Numbered from the stretch's first letter, positions 1 through 19,327 are shown. The stretch is 64,000 nucleotides of DNA from Piromyces finnis finn (GCA_002104945.1 MCFH01000074.1:124001-188000), one strand, 5' to 3'. Program-made: numbers and translations. The notes: generated from the letters alone by a model not told the origin.

Positions 1-3000
1 ATTATTTCTATTACTACTATTGTTATTATTACTATTGTTACTATTACTATTGTTATTATTACTATTGTTACTATTACTATTAATATTATTACTATCTCTA
101 CTGATATTATCAATTTCATTATTATTGATAGGACTATTGGAATTACGTTGACTGAAAAAATTTAATAGCTGGACTATGGAATCATAATGTTTAATACGGA
201 TATCTCTAAATGTTGGACAATCTAATAACCAATGTTTAATACTTTGATCTCCACACTTGCAACATGGACAGTAGTTAGGACAAACTGGATCAACAAATTT
301 GGCAGCTTTGGCAACTCTAGCATCCAACTTGTATCCGCTTCTTGCTTTCAATAGCCAGTAGAAGCCATAGGCAAACTCTGGGTACTCATAACATAATTTA
401 ATAAAATCTTTAGTATCAATAAACTTATTATCATCATAATATTGCGCTTTGATTGAATTCCCTTTGAGATCTTTCCAATAAAAGTTTTTAACTGCTTTAA
501 CATCTCCATGTTTCTTTAGTTTTTTATCAAGTGTCCTACTTGATTTGCACCACGTGTATTTTCTAAATTTAGGAATGTAATTGACAAGGTGTGAGATAAT
601 ACAATTTGAGTTTTTCCATTTGTTAAAACATCTAACCTGAGCTAATGCACATTTGGCTGACAATGGAGGAATATTCAAATCTTTTGAGATAGAGTATAAA
701 GATATAAACGATACAGCTTTATGAACTCCGGCAACCCATCGTATTCCTTTGTTAACATGCTTCTGTGCAATCCTAGACCTGGCTTTGTTGGATCCAAGTA
801 ATGGTGCAAAGTATGAAACTCTGCTAATCACTTGTGAGTTAAGTACTAGCTTTTTGAAGGGAATAGGAATATTAGGATTTCTTAAGAATTTACTGACTGA
901 GAAAAGTCCTTTCAAAACCTTGTTATTAAGAGCTTTAATAACTGGTTTAAGGGACAGATTCTTATCAAATGGAACACCAAGATAAGTATAACAATCAGTA
1001 GTTGGAATGGGTTGTCCTGCTAAGTAAAATGTTGGATCTCTCTTGTTCTGATTTTCTATTGATTCAGGACGAATCACCATCGTTGAACACTTCTGGATAC
1101 CAAATTCCATTTCATTATACAAGGCCCATTCATTAACTCTTCTAAGCATCTTTTTTAAGCATCCTCTTGTTGGAGCACAAATAACTATATCATCTGCAAA
1201 AAGTCCACCACAGCATCGAGTGTCACCTAAACTGACTCCGAGATCTTCACACTCTTTAAATATATCATTAATAAAGAGATTAAAGAGAATAGGAGAAAGA
1301 GGGCATCCTTGACGGACTCCTTTCTTCACATCAAAAGATTTCGAGAATTGTCCATCTAATTTGACATTAGCCTTAGATGTTAAATATAAATTTTTGATGA
1401 ATTGTAAACTCTTACCTCGGATTCCTAAACAATCTAATTTATGGAGAATATTACCGATTGGGACTGAATCGTATGCTTTCCTGAGATCTAAAAAGGCCAA
1501 ATATGTCTCTTTATTATCTAATTGACGTCTACGGCATATTTCTTGGATTGAAATGAAAAGACTGATACTTTCTTCCTTTTTTCGAAAACCAAATTGTTCA
1601 GGTCTAATGAAATTATTCTTTAGACCATATTCTGAGATTCTAGTGGTGACAATTTTGGAAATCAACTTAATACCATTATTGATAAGTGATATACCTCGAT
1701 AGTTATCACAATCTGTCAAATCTCCCTTCTTAGGAATAGAAACAATACTGGATTCATTCCATGAGTTGGGGAAGTCTCCATCCCAAATACGGTTGAATAA
1801 TTTAAGAATAAAATTTAAACCATAAGCATCATTATCTGAAGTGGTATTACCGGAAGAATTATTATCTGTAGCATTATTAGAATCATTACTTGATGGAATT
1901 AATGCTTTGTAAAATTCAATTGGAATACCATCCGGACCTGATGCTTTATAATTCGGAGTAGAGAGGATAGCTGACTTGACTTCATCAATACTAATATCTT
2001 GGTTGATATCCCATTCATCAAGCATAGGGAGTGAAAAACGTTTATTCGTTGGTTCTTCATACCAATGCTCCAAATCAAGACTTACGCCACTTGGATCTGA
2101 TGCAAGATTTTCGAAATGATCATGCCACACATCTAGTTGTTCTTCCGTAGCAACAACTAATTCTCCATTTTTATTTTTAATTGGTTGAGCAATAAAGAAA
2201 GAATCTTTTCCAATTTTTGCAGTTTTCTTGATCCATTTCCAGGCCTTCTTAGGATTATGACTCTTCATATACTCACATCCTGTTTTAATCCAATGAAGAT
2301 ATTCTTGCTTCCTAAATTCATTACATCTTTTGTGGATGTAATCAATGAGCTTACGGTAGATTTTAATTCTTTTAATAAATTCATCTATATCATAAATTCT
2401 TTCTTTTTTAAATCTCTTATACAACTTCATTTTGATTTTTTGGAGATTAAAAATTTGTTGTGAAATATGAAATGAAGACTTTATAACATTATTTGCTGAG
2501 GTAATACTGAGCTCGTCTGCAATTGAAAAAGCAGTTGAAGTAAATTCTTTGGAAAGATCATCTGTAGAAACATTAGGATCGTTGAATTTTGCTGAAAGTA
2601 TTTGGAATTTATTATGACTGAGAATAGATTCCTTTTCCTCAATACATTTTAATCTATTCCATTTCAGAATTTTCTTAGGAACGTTAAAGTCATTAGAAAA
2701 ATCTTCCATAGGAATAATTTTACCATTAATAAGAAGTGGCTTATGGTCTGATACAGGATAAAAATTATTTATAAATGATCCTGAGTGAATAAGATCTTTC
2801 ATCTTCGAATTGATAAGAGCATGGTCAATGTCGGAAGATTGTTCACCTCGAGTCCAAGAGATAGTAGACCCTCTAAGCGGAAGAATTTCCCAATCTCCTA
2901 ATCCATTAGTTGATAACCAGTTGGATAATTTTACTTTAGACATATTAAAATCACCAACAAGAATCGATGGATGGGATGAATGAGTTTGTAACCACAAGCG

Positions 3001-4110
3001 AACTTCTAACTTTGCATGATCAACATAGATGTTGTGATGACTATGAGGCATATAAACATTTCCAATCGAGCATTTGAATCTATTCCAGAGACTAAAAGTA
3101 TAAATAGAAATAATATACTTTCCAGAGAAGTTTTCAAGTGAGGCTTGACACGAATTGTGAAAACCTAAATATAAACCTCTCATTCCCGGAACTGATTCGT
3201 CAGCTTTCTTGAAAAAGTGTCTATAGTTTCGCAAAGTAACACGACAAGGATAATCTGTATTCGATCCAGAACCATTACCAGTTTCTTGGAAACATAAAAA
3301 TAATGGTTTGAAAATAGCTGTGAAATAGCTAATACTATCTCTCTTTTCGTGATTCCACCCATTGGTGTTCCAACTAAGACAAAAAGAAAAGTTATCAGGC
3401 TTGTTGGATGAGGAAGAATCGTTGCTATTATTATTATTATTAAAGTCATCGTTATTAATGGATGATGCATCAGAGGAATAAGTAGAACTATTACTAGATG
3501 GCTGTGAAACTGAAGAACTATCAACTATTGAACTGTTATCAGAGTTGATAGAACTATTAGAATTAATTGTTGAATGTTGAGATTGAAATTGTGTTTGCTG
3601 TAGATCTGGAATATTTTCATGATGGGAAACTTGTTGAAGATCCTGTTGAAGATCTCGTTGAAGATCGGATTGTTGATGAGATTGTTGAACTGATTGTTGA
3701 ACTGATTGTTGAAATGATTGTTGAATAGAATGTTGATGTTTATTAGAAACTAAAATTTTACGTTTGAGAGTGGAAAAAGTGTATTTGTGATTCCTTCTAC
3801 TACGAGCTGAAAAGGAAATTGAGGTAACTGAAAGTTTCTTCTTTAACATGTGTAAGATTTTAATACAATCTTTTGATGAACCATGAACCTTGACTAAGAA
3901 AAAGTGATCATTGAAAGTTTGAAAATATTTAACACTAATAACTGAATTAAATTTATCTTCTAGAATAACCTCGAGTTTTTCCCATAGCATATTTACTGAC
4001 CATGATCGAATACCACGGATAAAGAAGGAGCGAATATCATCTAAGGGGATACCATAAGACCGGGTACCACGTCTGATATAATTCTTATCTTTAATATAAA
4101 GGACTGACAT
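1..4110 (-). mobile_element. Non-LTR retrotransposon (LINE) single ORF, at least 1370 aa and open through the window edge: RRM-like N-terminus, Q/S/N-rich linker, APE endonuclease, reverse transcriptase, CCHC zinc knuckle
   Basis: Manual translation from ATG 4110 (in-frame stop at 4126-4128 upstream) found no stop down to base 1. APE motifs: SWNTNG, FQETG, GNVY, VGDFN, IDH, SDH. RT motifs: KASGPDGIP, NYRGISL, QFGFR, FLDLRKAYDSV, GVRQGCPLSPILF, LFADD, YLG. C-terminal CPCCKCGDQSIKHWLLDC. Confidence 0.93.
16..75. repeat. 30-bp tandem duplication inside the Asn/Ser-rich LINE C-terminus
   Basis: ACTATTGTTATTATTACTATTGTTACTATT occurs at 16-45 and 46-75. Confidence 0.85.
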
Positions 4111-4755
4111 GATAATAAATTCTAATTAAAAAATATTGAATATAAAATAAATACTAATAAAAGTTACAAATATAACGTATATGGAAAAAAATCTGTCTCT
4201 CTCTCTCTTCTTAAAAGTACTGGATAGTACAAAAATTGTTACGATGCTTTGTTTAAAGTTTCTTATTTTTTGAATTCTAGTTGTAAATTTTCTTTAAAAA
4301 TTCTAGTTTTGGTTTGTTGTTAGTAAATTCGATTCGCTTTTTGACACTAAACTTGTTTGACTTTACTTTTCATTAAATATTTAAATTGGTAAAAAATTTG
4401 AATCAAGAATGTCGACACCAGAAAGCTTGTGAATAGTATTTTTACATGATGTAGAGTGAATCAGTCTCTTACAAGAAACAATACAACAATAGCTACATGA
4501 ATATAAAAGTACAATGCAAATGCTAAAGTTGACTACATTGGATTCTTACAAGAGAAGAGTAGTACTACATGAATACATGAATAAAAGAAAAAATACAGCA
4601 ACAAAATGTATTACTCTTCTAATTAAATACTATACAAACTTACCTGAATATCAAACATTCAACTTATTCATCAAATACTTAATTCGATGAATAAAATGTT
4701 TTTTAATCGCTCAGTACCATGAGCTTAGTCCTAATAATTTTCCCTTAAAGACTAA

Positions 4756-5002
4756 CCAAGCATCCATTGCGCAATGCTTGGATTTAATTCTTTCTACTCT
4801 CTCAGTACCATGAGCATGAGTAGACCCCCTTGATAAACTCCATTATTAAATAAATGAAGGCACGTTCCTAAGAGGGCACCAAGCATCCATTACGCAATAC
4901 TTGGATTTAATTCTTTCTACTCTCTCAGTACCATGAGCATGAGTAGACCCCCTTGAGAAACTACATTTATTAAATAAATGAAGGCACGTTCCCAAGAGGT
5001 GC
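4756..5002. repeat. Two ~123-bp tandem units with internal hairpins
   Basis: Units start CCAAGCATCCATT at 4756 and 4879 and are near-identical. The sub-motif CTCAGTACCATGAGC also occurs a third time at 4710-4724. Confidence 0.9.
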
Positions 5003-5112
5003 TATCTCTACTGACATTAACATTTTCATTATTGTTGGAAACTAAAAAAATTTAATAGTTGGACTTAGGAATTGTAATGCTTAATACGGATATCTCTAAA
5101 AGTCAGACAATC
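5002..5112 (-). pseudogene. Decayed fragment of a LINE ORF C-terminus (post-CCHC region)
   Basis: Aligns by eye with 92-222 (CTATCTCTACTGA ... TTAATACGGATATCTCTAAA ... GACAATC). The homologous frame contains stops. Confidence 0.8.
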
Positions 5113-6176
5113 ATAAATATAAAAATAAATAAAATAAAAAAAAATTTCTCTTTTTAAAAGTTTCAAGTAAATTGGCTTCTATTTTAAAAAAATTTTCAAA
5201 AACTCATCTTCATCACACACCTCTAAACACTCTTTTAACACTTGTTTTAAAAAGACACATAAAACTTTTAATTTTTTTTATAATTATTTATTAACTTAAT
5301 AGGAATAAAATATAAAAAAAGCGTGTTAATATATAAAAATATGATTAATTTATATAGATTTTAAACTATAGTCTTCAAATATATTACTCTACTTTTAATG
5401 AATAAAAAACTTTTATATTCACCAAAATATTATAATAATAATAAAAATATAAAAAAAAGTTTTCTTATTCATCTAATTTCAAGTTTTATATTTTTCAATA
5501 AATGTCGAATAGTTTTTTTTTTTTTTTTTTTTTTGACTATTTAAAATATACTATTTGTTGGTTTGTTAATTTGTTTTGTTTTTTTTTTTGGTTTGTTTTT
5601 GTTTTAATTTTTTAAAATTAAATATTTACCAAAATTGTTAAAAAAAGTATTCCTAATAATTACTATTAATTTATACCTTTTTCTTTCTCGATTGATAATA
5701 TAATTTAATTTTTCAAAATAAAAAAATGTTAAATTATGATTTTTTTTCATTTTCTAGAGTTGAAAAAATAGATTTTTTTCAACTCAATATTTAATGCGCA
5801 TGATTATTTTTTTTTGTTTTGTTTTTTATATTGATTTGTTGTTGATGTATTTCTTTAAATTAATCGATAATTATGTGTATTAGAAATTAGAATTTTTTAG
5901 GAAATGTTTAAAAAATTAAAAACTAAATTATAAATTATTAAATATTTCTAATAAATTAAATGTATTTTTTGCGCGAATTGTTGTTGTAAACGTTTGGCAA
6001 ATCTAATTTCTATTGTTTCTAAAGAATTATTTGATTTATATTTCATAATTCTAAAGTGTGTGTATATTTAAAAATATATATGTATGTTTCTTTTCCAAAA
6101 TTTAGTTTAAACTTTTAAAAAAAAAGTATAAAACTATGGCATTGGGCGCATTATTAAAATAGATTATTGCTTAAAT

Positions 6177-7667
6177 TTAGTATTCTCTACCTTCGGCGAT
6201 ATCGATTTCATAATCGTTACCATTTGGATTCTTCTTAATCTTTCTGACGGTAGTGGTAGTGGTAGTCTTAGTTTCTCTCTTTGGAAGTCTAGTTGGAAGA
6301 GAAAGGAACATGTAGATGACTTCTAATAAAACTAAGATAAAGGTAATGAAAAGAAGAATTAAGATAGCCTTTACTAATTTTCTCATAGAAGAAGATTTAG
6401 TGTAGAACATTTGTTCATTAAGTCTTTGTCCATTGTTTCCAAGGAATTCAGAAATAGATTGTGGAATAGAACCAATAGTAATTCTATTTAAGAAACTGGA
6501 AATACCATTAACACCAAAGTCCATAACAATGTACATGACGAGGTTGAAGAAGAAGACCATAAAGATAAGTAATAAAACAATAACGTAGGTGATACAGAAC
6601 ATTTTAATGTTATTGTCTCTAAACTTTAATTGAGCTAAAACAATGAGAAGAACAATAACTAAACAGATGATCCAGTTAATGTGGTACATCCATTTGAAAG
6701 AAGAAAAGTAGGAGCGAACCTTGTGTCCAGCAACACTATAATTTAAGACGTTTTCTTTGAATGGACCAATATTAACACCTTCACCATCCTTAATTGGGAA
6801 AATTTCGTAATCTTCATTCTTGTTAAACTTAACAAACATATCTTGAACATTGTCCCATTGGTTTTGTGGAACACCAGAATTAGATAAAACATTAGAATCT
6901 TTGGAAGCGAAAAGTTTCATAGAGTTTTGAGAAACAAGTAACTTTTCAATTGGAATAGCAATGTTTGGGAAGGAAGCTGGTAAAATAGAATCAACTAAGT
7001 TGGAGAACTTGCTAGCAACACTTAAGACAGAGGCTTGTCTATCCATATTCATTTGAGCTTCAGCAAGCCAAATTCTGTTAAATGGCCAAATATTGTGCTT
7101 ACCAGCGGCAGCAGCCACTATAAATTATATTAATAGAAAAAATAAAATTGATTATTACATGAATTATCAATAACGAATATATAAACATCAACTCTAAACT
7201 TTTTTATTTCAAATTCTACTACGCATCTTATTACTCTATAAATTATATATATCAACTCTAAACTTTTTTATTTCAAATTCTACTACACGTTTAATTATTC
7301 CAAGTTTGATATAGTGTTTTTTTTTTTTTTGATCAAATAATGATGATCCATCCCATGAATTATCTCTATACTTTTTTTCTCTTTAAAAACTGATTTTGAA
7401 TTAACCCATTTTTTAGTAATTATTTTTAAAAAAAATCAACTATTTAAAATATAAAATCGATCATCCACTTTTCTGTCATTTTCATTCCTAAATATATTAG
7501 TATAACTACTTACAAATTAATAAAATGATAGTTTGGAGAAGAAGAAGAATAGATAAAATCCAAAACTTTCTTCTAAGCTTGTATTTAGTAGCACTTTCAC
7601 CATTAATAGAAGTTTTAGTGGTGGTGGTGGTAGTGTATGGTTTATTGTTAGTTTTTCCGAATGCCAT
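6177..7667 (-). CDS. Two-exon 364-aa membrane protein with four predicted TM helices (SUR7/PalI-like topology; family not established)
   Basis: Exon 1 is 7667-7514 (ATG, GTAAGT donor) and exon 2 is 7117-6177 (TAG acceptor); the phases match, 1095 nt in total. One N-terminal TM, a ~140-aa loop, then three hydrophobic segments. Confidence 0.75.
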
Positions 7668-8826
7668 TTTTTCTTTCTTTTTTTTTTTACTTTTAATTTA
7701 TTTTATACTGATTTTGTGTTGATTTTACTTTTTTGCTTAAATAATACGTTTAAAAAAATTAAATTATATTATCTTTTTTTCTTTTAAAAACTATATAAAA
7801 AAAAACTATTTTTAAATAAAAAATAAATATTAATTTTCTTCCTTGTAAAAAAACTAATATTTATCTTTTTTTTATTTCTATAATAAAAGAAAAAATTATA
7901 CAAAAAGTTGATAATTAAAAATTAATAAAAAAAATGAATTTTCTTTTTTTTTTCCATCGCCTTTTGTGTTGCCTTTTATACTTTTTACAAAAAAAATTAA
8001 TTTTCACAAATGATTGGTGAAATGAAATGTAAATAATACAATAAATAAAATTAATCTATGATCTTCATATATTAAGAATACATTGTAAAATCAATAGAAG
8101 AAATGGCATCAACTTTTTTTTAATTAAATTAATTTAAAAAAGAAATTAATTTTATTAATAAATAAAGTTTAATATGGATAGAAATCAAAATGTCTATAGA
8201 ATAGTAATTAATTAATATAAATAAATAAATAGAAAACAAATTAAATCAATATAAAACAATATATGAATGTTTATATTTTAAATAATATATTAGTGTATAC
8301 ATTAATATATATGAAAAAAGTAATTTATTTTATTTATTATTATTTATATTAATATATAGTATTGGATTATCTACTCAACATATATTATACAATAGTTTCA
8401 AAGTATAATCTTAATATATACAAATTTCTATGAATTAAATTAATTTAATTAAAATAAATTAATTCTTTATGCATGAATAAATAAACAGAAAAAAAAGCGT
8501 AGATGGTGGTTAGTAGTAGGGAAGTGGTGGTAAGTAGTGGGAAATAGATAGATAGCAAGTAGATGATGATAGATAGTAGCAGATGGTAATAGTAGTAGTA
8601 ATGGCAGTAGTAGTAGTATTGATTTATAAATAGATAAATTCTATTATAATAATAGTAATCTATTACCACCTAAAAGTACAATGTTATTATCAAAAAACAT
8701 TACATTTCAATAGTATTAAAAAAGAATGATAAAATAATATTACTTATAAAAGAATGTTATAAAAGAATGATTAATAATAAGGCTTATTAAATAACATTCT
8801 TTTTTATTACTATTAATAATGCTTTA

Positions 8827-9044
<218 letters not shown>

Positions 9045-12000
9045 CACTTTTTATTACATTAGCATTAAAAGTAAATAAAATATAAACAGAATGTATTATA
9101 ATAAATTAAATAATATATGTATTCATAAATAATGAATTTAATGAAATCAATTAATCCATATAAATAATAAATATAAACAAACACTTTTTGGATTGCATTT
9201 GAAATCGTTGTGTTAGGTTACACAAAATGATCATTGGACAAATGAAAAAAATTTACAATTCATGGACTAAAAAATGAAAAATACTAAAATTGTAGGTAAA
9301 TAATTAAGCCACACTAGAAATTGGCATAAAAAAACCTGTCATTTTTTAAAAGTGGTGGTGAAAAGTGAAGGTGGTGGTGAGGAGTGTGGAAGTAGAAAAT
9401 GTAAAAAAGAAAAATTATTCCTTTTAAATAAAAAATGGGCTTTTTTACAAATGAAATGATTTAAAAGGCCTCATTTTTATCTCTTTTTAGAAATGAATAT
9501 TAATGCAAGGATTAAATATTTGAATTAAAAAAAAAATATTCTTTTATTGAAACTAAAGAAACAAATTATAAAAGATTAGGAAAATTAAAATGTTCATTAT
9601 TCAATATTTAATGCTAGTATTAAATAATATAATATAATTATTATTAATTATAAAAAAAGGAATAAAAAAAAAGGGAATAAAGAATTAATAATAAAAATCA
9701 TTATTAACTCTTATTAATAATAATAATAAATAGGATTCCTTTTTTTATTACTAATATTTTTTTTAATGATGACACCATCAATTATTAATTCTTATTAAAT
9801 AATAAATTTTTTTTAATTAAAATATTTTATTCTTTTTTTTATTATAAAAAATTTCATCATCAATTTTTAAATTTTTGAAAAAAAAGGCTTTTCATTAATT
9901 AATATATATAATATATTATAATATTCATTATTGAATTAATTCTACAATTTATTCTACAATATAGTTTACAATATATTTCTATTAATTCATAAAAAATGAC
10001 ATAATTTGTTTATTTTTTAAAAAATTTATTCCATTTTTTATTCAAAAGAGGAAAAGAATAAATTAAATTTTTAATATATAGATTATATATTATAATATAT
10101 GTAATAATGGGTATTATTATATGTTATCAATTGGAATAGAATAATCATTCTATAAAAATAAATTAAACCATTTTTAGCCTCTTTTTAAAAAGAATTTTTA
10201 ATTAAAAAAAAAGATGAAATCTGATGAAAAAAAAATGACACCATCATTATAAAAATGTCGAAAGCAGAAAATGAATGCAGGTGTGGTAAAGATGAGTGGT
10301 AAAAGTATGGTGAAAATATGGTGAAATTGAGTAATAAATAAAAAAAAAGAAAAAAAAACATCACTCAAAAATACATAGTTTTATGTTATTTTTACATAAA
10401 TAAAATTAATTAAAGTTCATATCACGTTATATTCATGTGATAGGTGTTCATTTATAAAACACAGAAAATTAAAACATGTCAAAAGTGTAGCCATTTATAT
10501 TCTAAACATACAATAATATACAGTATGTTGTCTTTATTTAGATTGATATAATATATTAATGAATATATTCATTCATAAATTAAAATTTTAATCCACAAAA
10601 AAGTTTTAATTTTTAAAAAGTTTAATGCTATAATTTCATTTAGAAAGAAATGAAAATACTAAAGAAATTATTATTAATATGAATAGTCTTAATACTTTCT
10701 AATAGTTATAATACTTTATATTAACACTATTTCTTTTTTATATTATAAATTCTTAAAATTCTTAGTAATACTATTTTAATAATCAAACATTTTATTGTTA
10801 AATGACTTTTTCTTCATCATCCCTTTATAATAATCCTTTTATAAAAAAAATAGTTTGAATTAGAACCTTTTTAAATTTTTTTAAAGGAAACAAATTAAAG
10901 TTTATAAAATTGGTTAAAAAAAATAAATATTAATGACCAATTGTTTATACATGTATGCATAACAATTAAAAAGTTATCACTGCATTAATACTACTCTGGA
11001 GTTTAAAGAAAAGAAAAAAAAAAAAATGTCAATAGAAAGGTTAAAACAAAATACAAAATTAGAAATGCATGATGCAATTCTTTTTTTTTTTTTTTTTAAA
11101 TACTTTTAAATAAAATAATTCTATAGAATAGATGTGTAGTATTTAAGAAAATTGATTGTTGCTATAATAATTCATAAAATCAATGAAAAATAAAATAGAA
11201 AAATAGTCTTAAAAATAGTAAGAGATAATTGATAATTGTTCTTGGATTAAAGATTAGTGTTGGTTTAACATTTTATTAAATATTACATCATCTAATAATA
11301 GGTTAGGATAAATAAATGTTTATTTTTTACAACATTCAAAAAAAGTCTTGACAAAAGTTGCTATATTTGGTGGTGGTCAAATTGTGCAACTTTTTAACAG
11401 AAAATGATACAAAATGTAATTAAAAAAAAGGAGAAAATGGAAACATAAATTAAAATAATTAAAGCCATAGTACATTATAAAATTTAAAAATTCATTTATT
11501 TTATGGCTTAATTAAAATTATAGTTAATGTATTTATTTTTGTTTATAAAAAAAGAGTTACTTTAACATTTTACTGTTAATCACTGTTATTATTATTCTAT
11601 CCTACATTATTTGTTTTTGCTTCCTTTTTTCTAAATAACCCTATGATATATACATTTTATTTCATTTTTTTACCATCAAAGATAAAAAAAATAGAGAATA
11701 AAACATTACACATTCCAATATTAAACAATGGTTGTTGTAAATGTAAAAAAAAGTTTTAAAGAAAGAAATAATAATAATAATATAACATGTAAGAAGGAAT
11801 GTAAGAAATAATGATATATAAAAATAAAATTAAATATATATAACAATGTAATAATAATATCATATATATATAATAATCTATATGTCTAAATTTTTTCTAA
11901 AAGTCTTATCCAACTTTAACAAGAAATATTTCTATAAAATTGAAAAAAAAAAAAGACTTTTCATAAAAACAATTATACTCATTTTTTAAATCAACTAATA

Positions 12001-12131
12001 TAATGATATCGTTTAACTCTATCTATTTACATTATAAACAAAATATAATTATTTCCGAAAAGAAAAAAAAAAAGATTCCAAAAAGCAATACTATTCTCTT
12101 TTTGAATAATAAAAAAAATCATTAATAAAAA

Positions 12132-12210
12132 AAAAAGTTAATAATAAAACAATATCTGTAGGTATATTGATTATATTTACCTACAGATGTCGTTTTATTA
12201 TTAACTTTTT
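12132..12210. repeat. Long near-perfect inverted repeat (hairpin)
   Basis: AAAAAGTTAATAATAAAACAATATCTGTAGGTA ... TACCTACAGATGTCGTTTTATTATTAACTTTTT. The ~33-bp arms differ at 2 positions around a 13-nt loop. Confidence 0.8.
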
Positions 12211-12496
12211 AGGTATAACATAAATAGATACAATTGCATAAATAAAATTCTGTTGAACCTTTTAATATATAAATATAGTTGAACATTTAGTTCAATCTCA
12301 CAAATAAAATTTTTTTTTCTAAACAAATAAAACTTTTTATGATTATTTTAATATGAAAAATAATCACAATCAACACCCTTTTTTCAAAAAAAATTGATAA
12401 TATATGAATCTTAGAGTTCTATATTTACTATTAAAACTATTATAGTTTGTAATTTTTTCTACTTGATTGAAATAACATTAACCTTTAATATTGGAA

Positions 12497-12580
<84 letters not shown>
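12497..12580. repeat. (AAT)28 microsatellite
   Basis: Direct reading. Confidence 0.97.
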
Positions 12581-13407
12581 TAAAAATGAATTAATTAAAA
12601 AGTTTTTTTTTAATTGTTATTAAAAGTGTCAATTTAATGGATAGTACATAAATAAAAAAAAAAAAAGAGAAAGAGAGATGATTTTAAAATTTAATAACAA
12701 AATTAACTTTTATATTTATAACATTACTATTCTCTTTAATAAAACTATGACTTTATATTTAAATGCAAAGTAATAATGATGTTACTAAACTCACCTTGTC
12801 AAAAAAGTCAAAATCCATTGAATTAAAAAAAAAATTTATACACAAAAATCCTAAAGTGATGATTATATTAATCATTTGTATAATAATAAAAATATGTCGA
12901 AATTCTATCATATTTACTAGATGAATAAGAGTTAATTATATTTTATCATTACATATTAAAAAAAATGCCAATGAATAAAGCCTGTCCATCCTTTTCTCCT
13001 CTTTCTCTACCTTCACTTTTTTCTTTTTTTTTAAAATTGAAAAAATCAAACCATTTTAACCAATCATCATTAAGAAATTTTTAAATTTTTTTTAAAAAAA
13101 ATTTTAATTCTTATTTAAATTTTTAATATTAAAATTAAAAAAATTTATTAATAAATTTAATATAAAAAAATTCTTTTTTTTTTTTTTTTTTTTTTTTTTT
13201 GCAAAATTGAAATCATCAAGACATTTGATGATTTTTATACAAAAAAAAAAAGTGAAATATTAATATTTTTTATATTTATTTATTCGGATTTTTATAATAT
13301 TAAATACATTTCTATTGAAATAGTAAATCCTTTTTTCAATTCAATTCAATAATAGCTTAATTTTTGTTATAGAGAAAATTTTTTTTTTCAAATTTAAATA
13401 AAAGAAA

Positions 13408-18905
<5,498 letters not shown>

Positions 18906-19290
18906 AAAATGTTTATAAAAAAATTTTTTTTTAATATTTCAAAAAAAAAAAAAAAAAATGTAATAATAAACCCATAAACTTTTATATATAACTATTTATT
19001 TTTTTTTTTTTCTCCTTCTTCTTCTTCTTTTTTTCTTTACTCTTTTATACAAAATAGAAGTCAGAAATAAATAAAATGAATTAAATTTTTTTAATATATA
19101 TATATATATTTTCTTTCTTTATTATATAGTTTTTAACTTGTACGTTTTTTTTTTTTTTTCTCTCTCCTTTTTTTTTAGAATAATAATAAAAATAAAAATA
19201 AAAATAAAAATAAAAATAAAAATAAAAAAATTCAATTATCTTTTTTTTTTTTTATTAATATTCATTTATTTATTTCCCTATTAGAATTAT

Positions 19291-19327
<37 letters not shown>

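Noticed and set aside
749-3524. ORF-track entries 749-985, 2185-2463 and 3180-3524
   Set aside because: They are antisense or alternate-frame shadows of the LINE ORF and carry no motifs of their own.
4756-5002. Hammerhead/HDV ribozyme or CRISPR array in the 123-bp repeats
   Set aside because: CTGAGAG...GAAA occurs, but the stems do not form the hammerhead three-way junction, and no HDV pseudoknot could be built. There are only two units, no spacers, and the context is eukaryotic.
7187-7286. 36-bp direct repeat in an intron
   Set aside because: Simple local duplication with no further structure.
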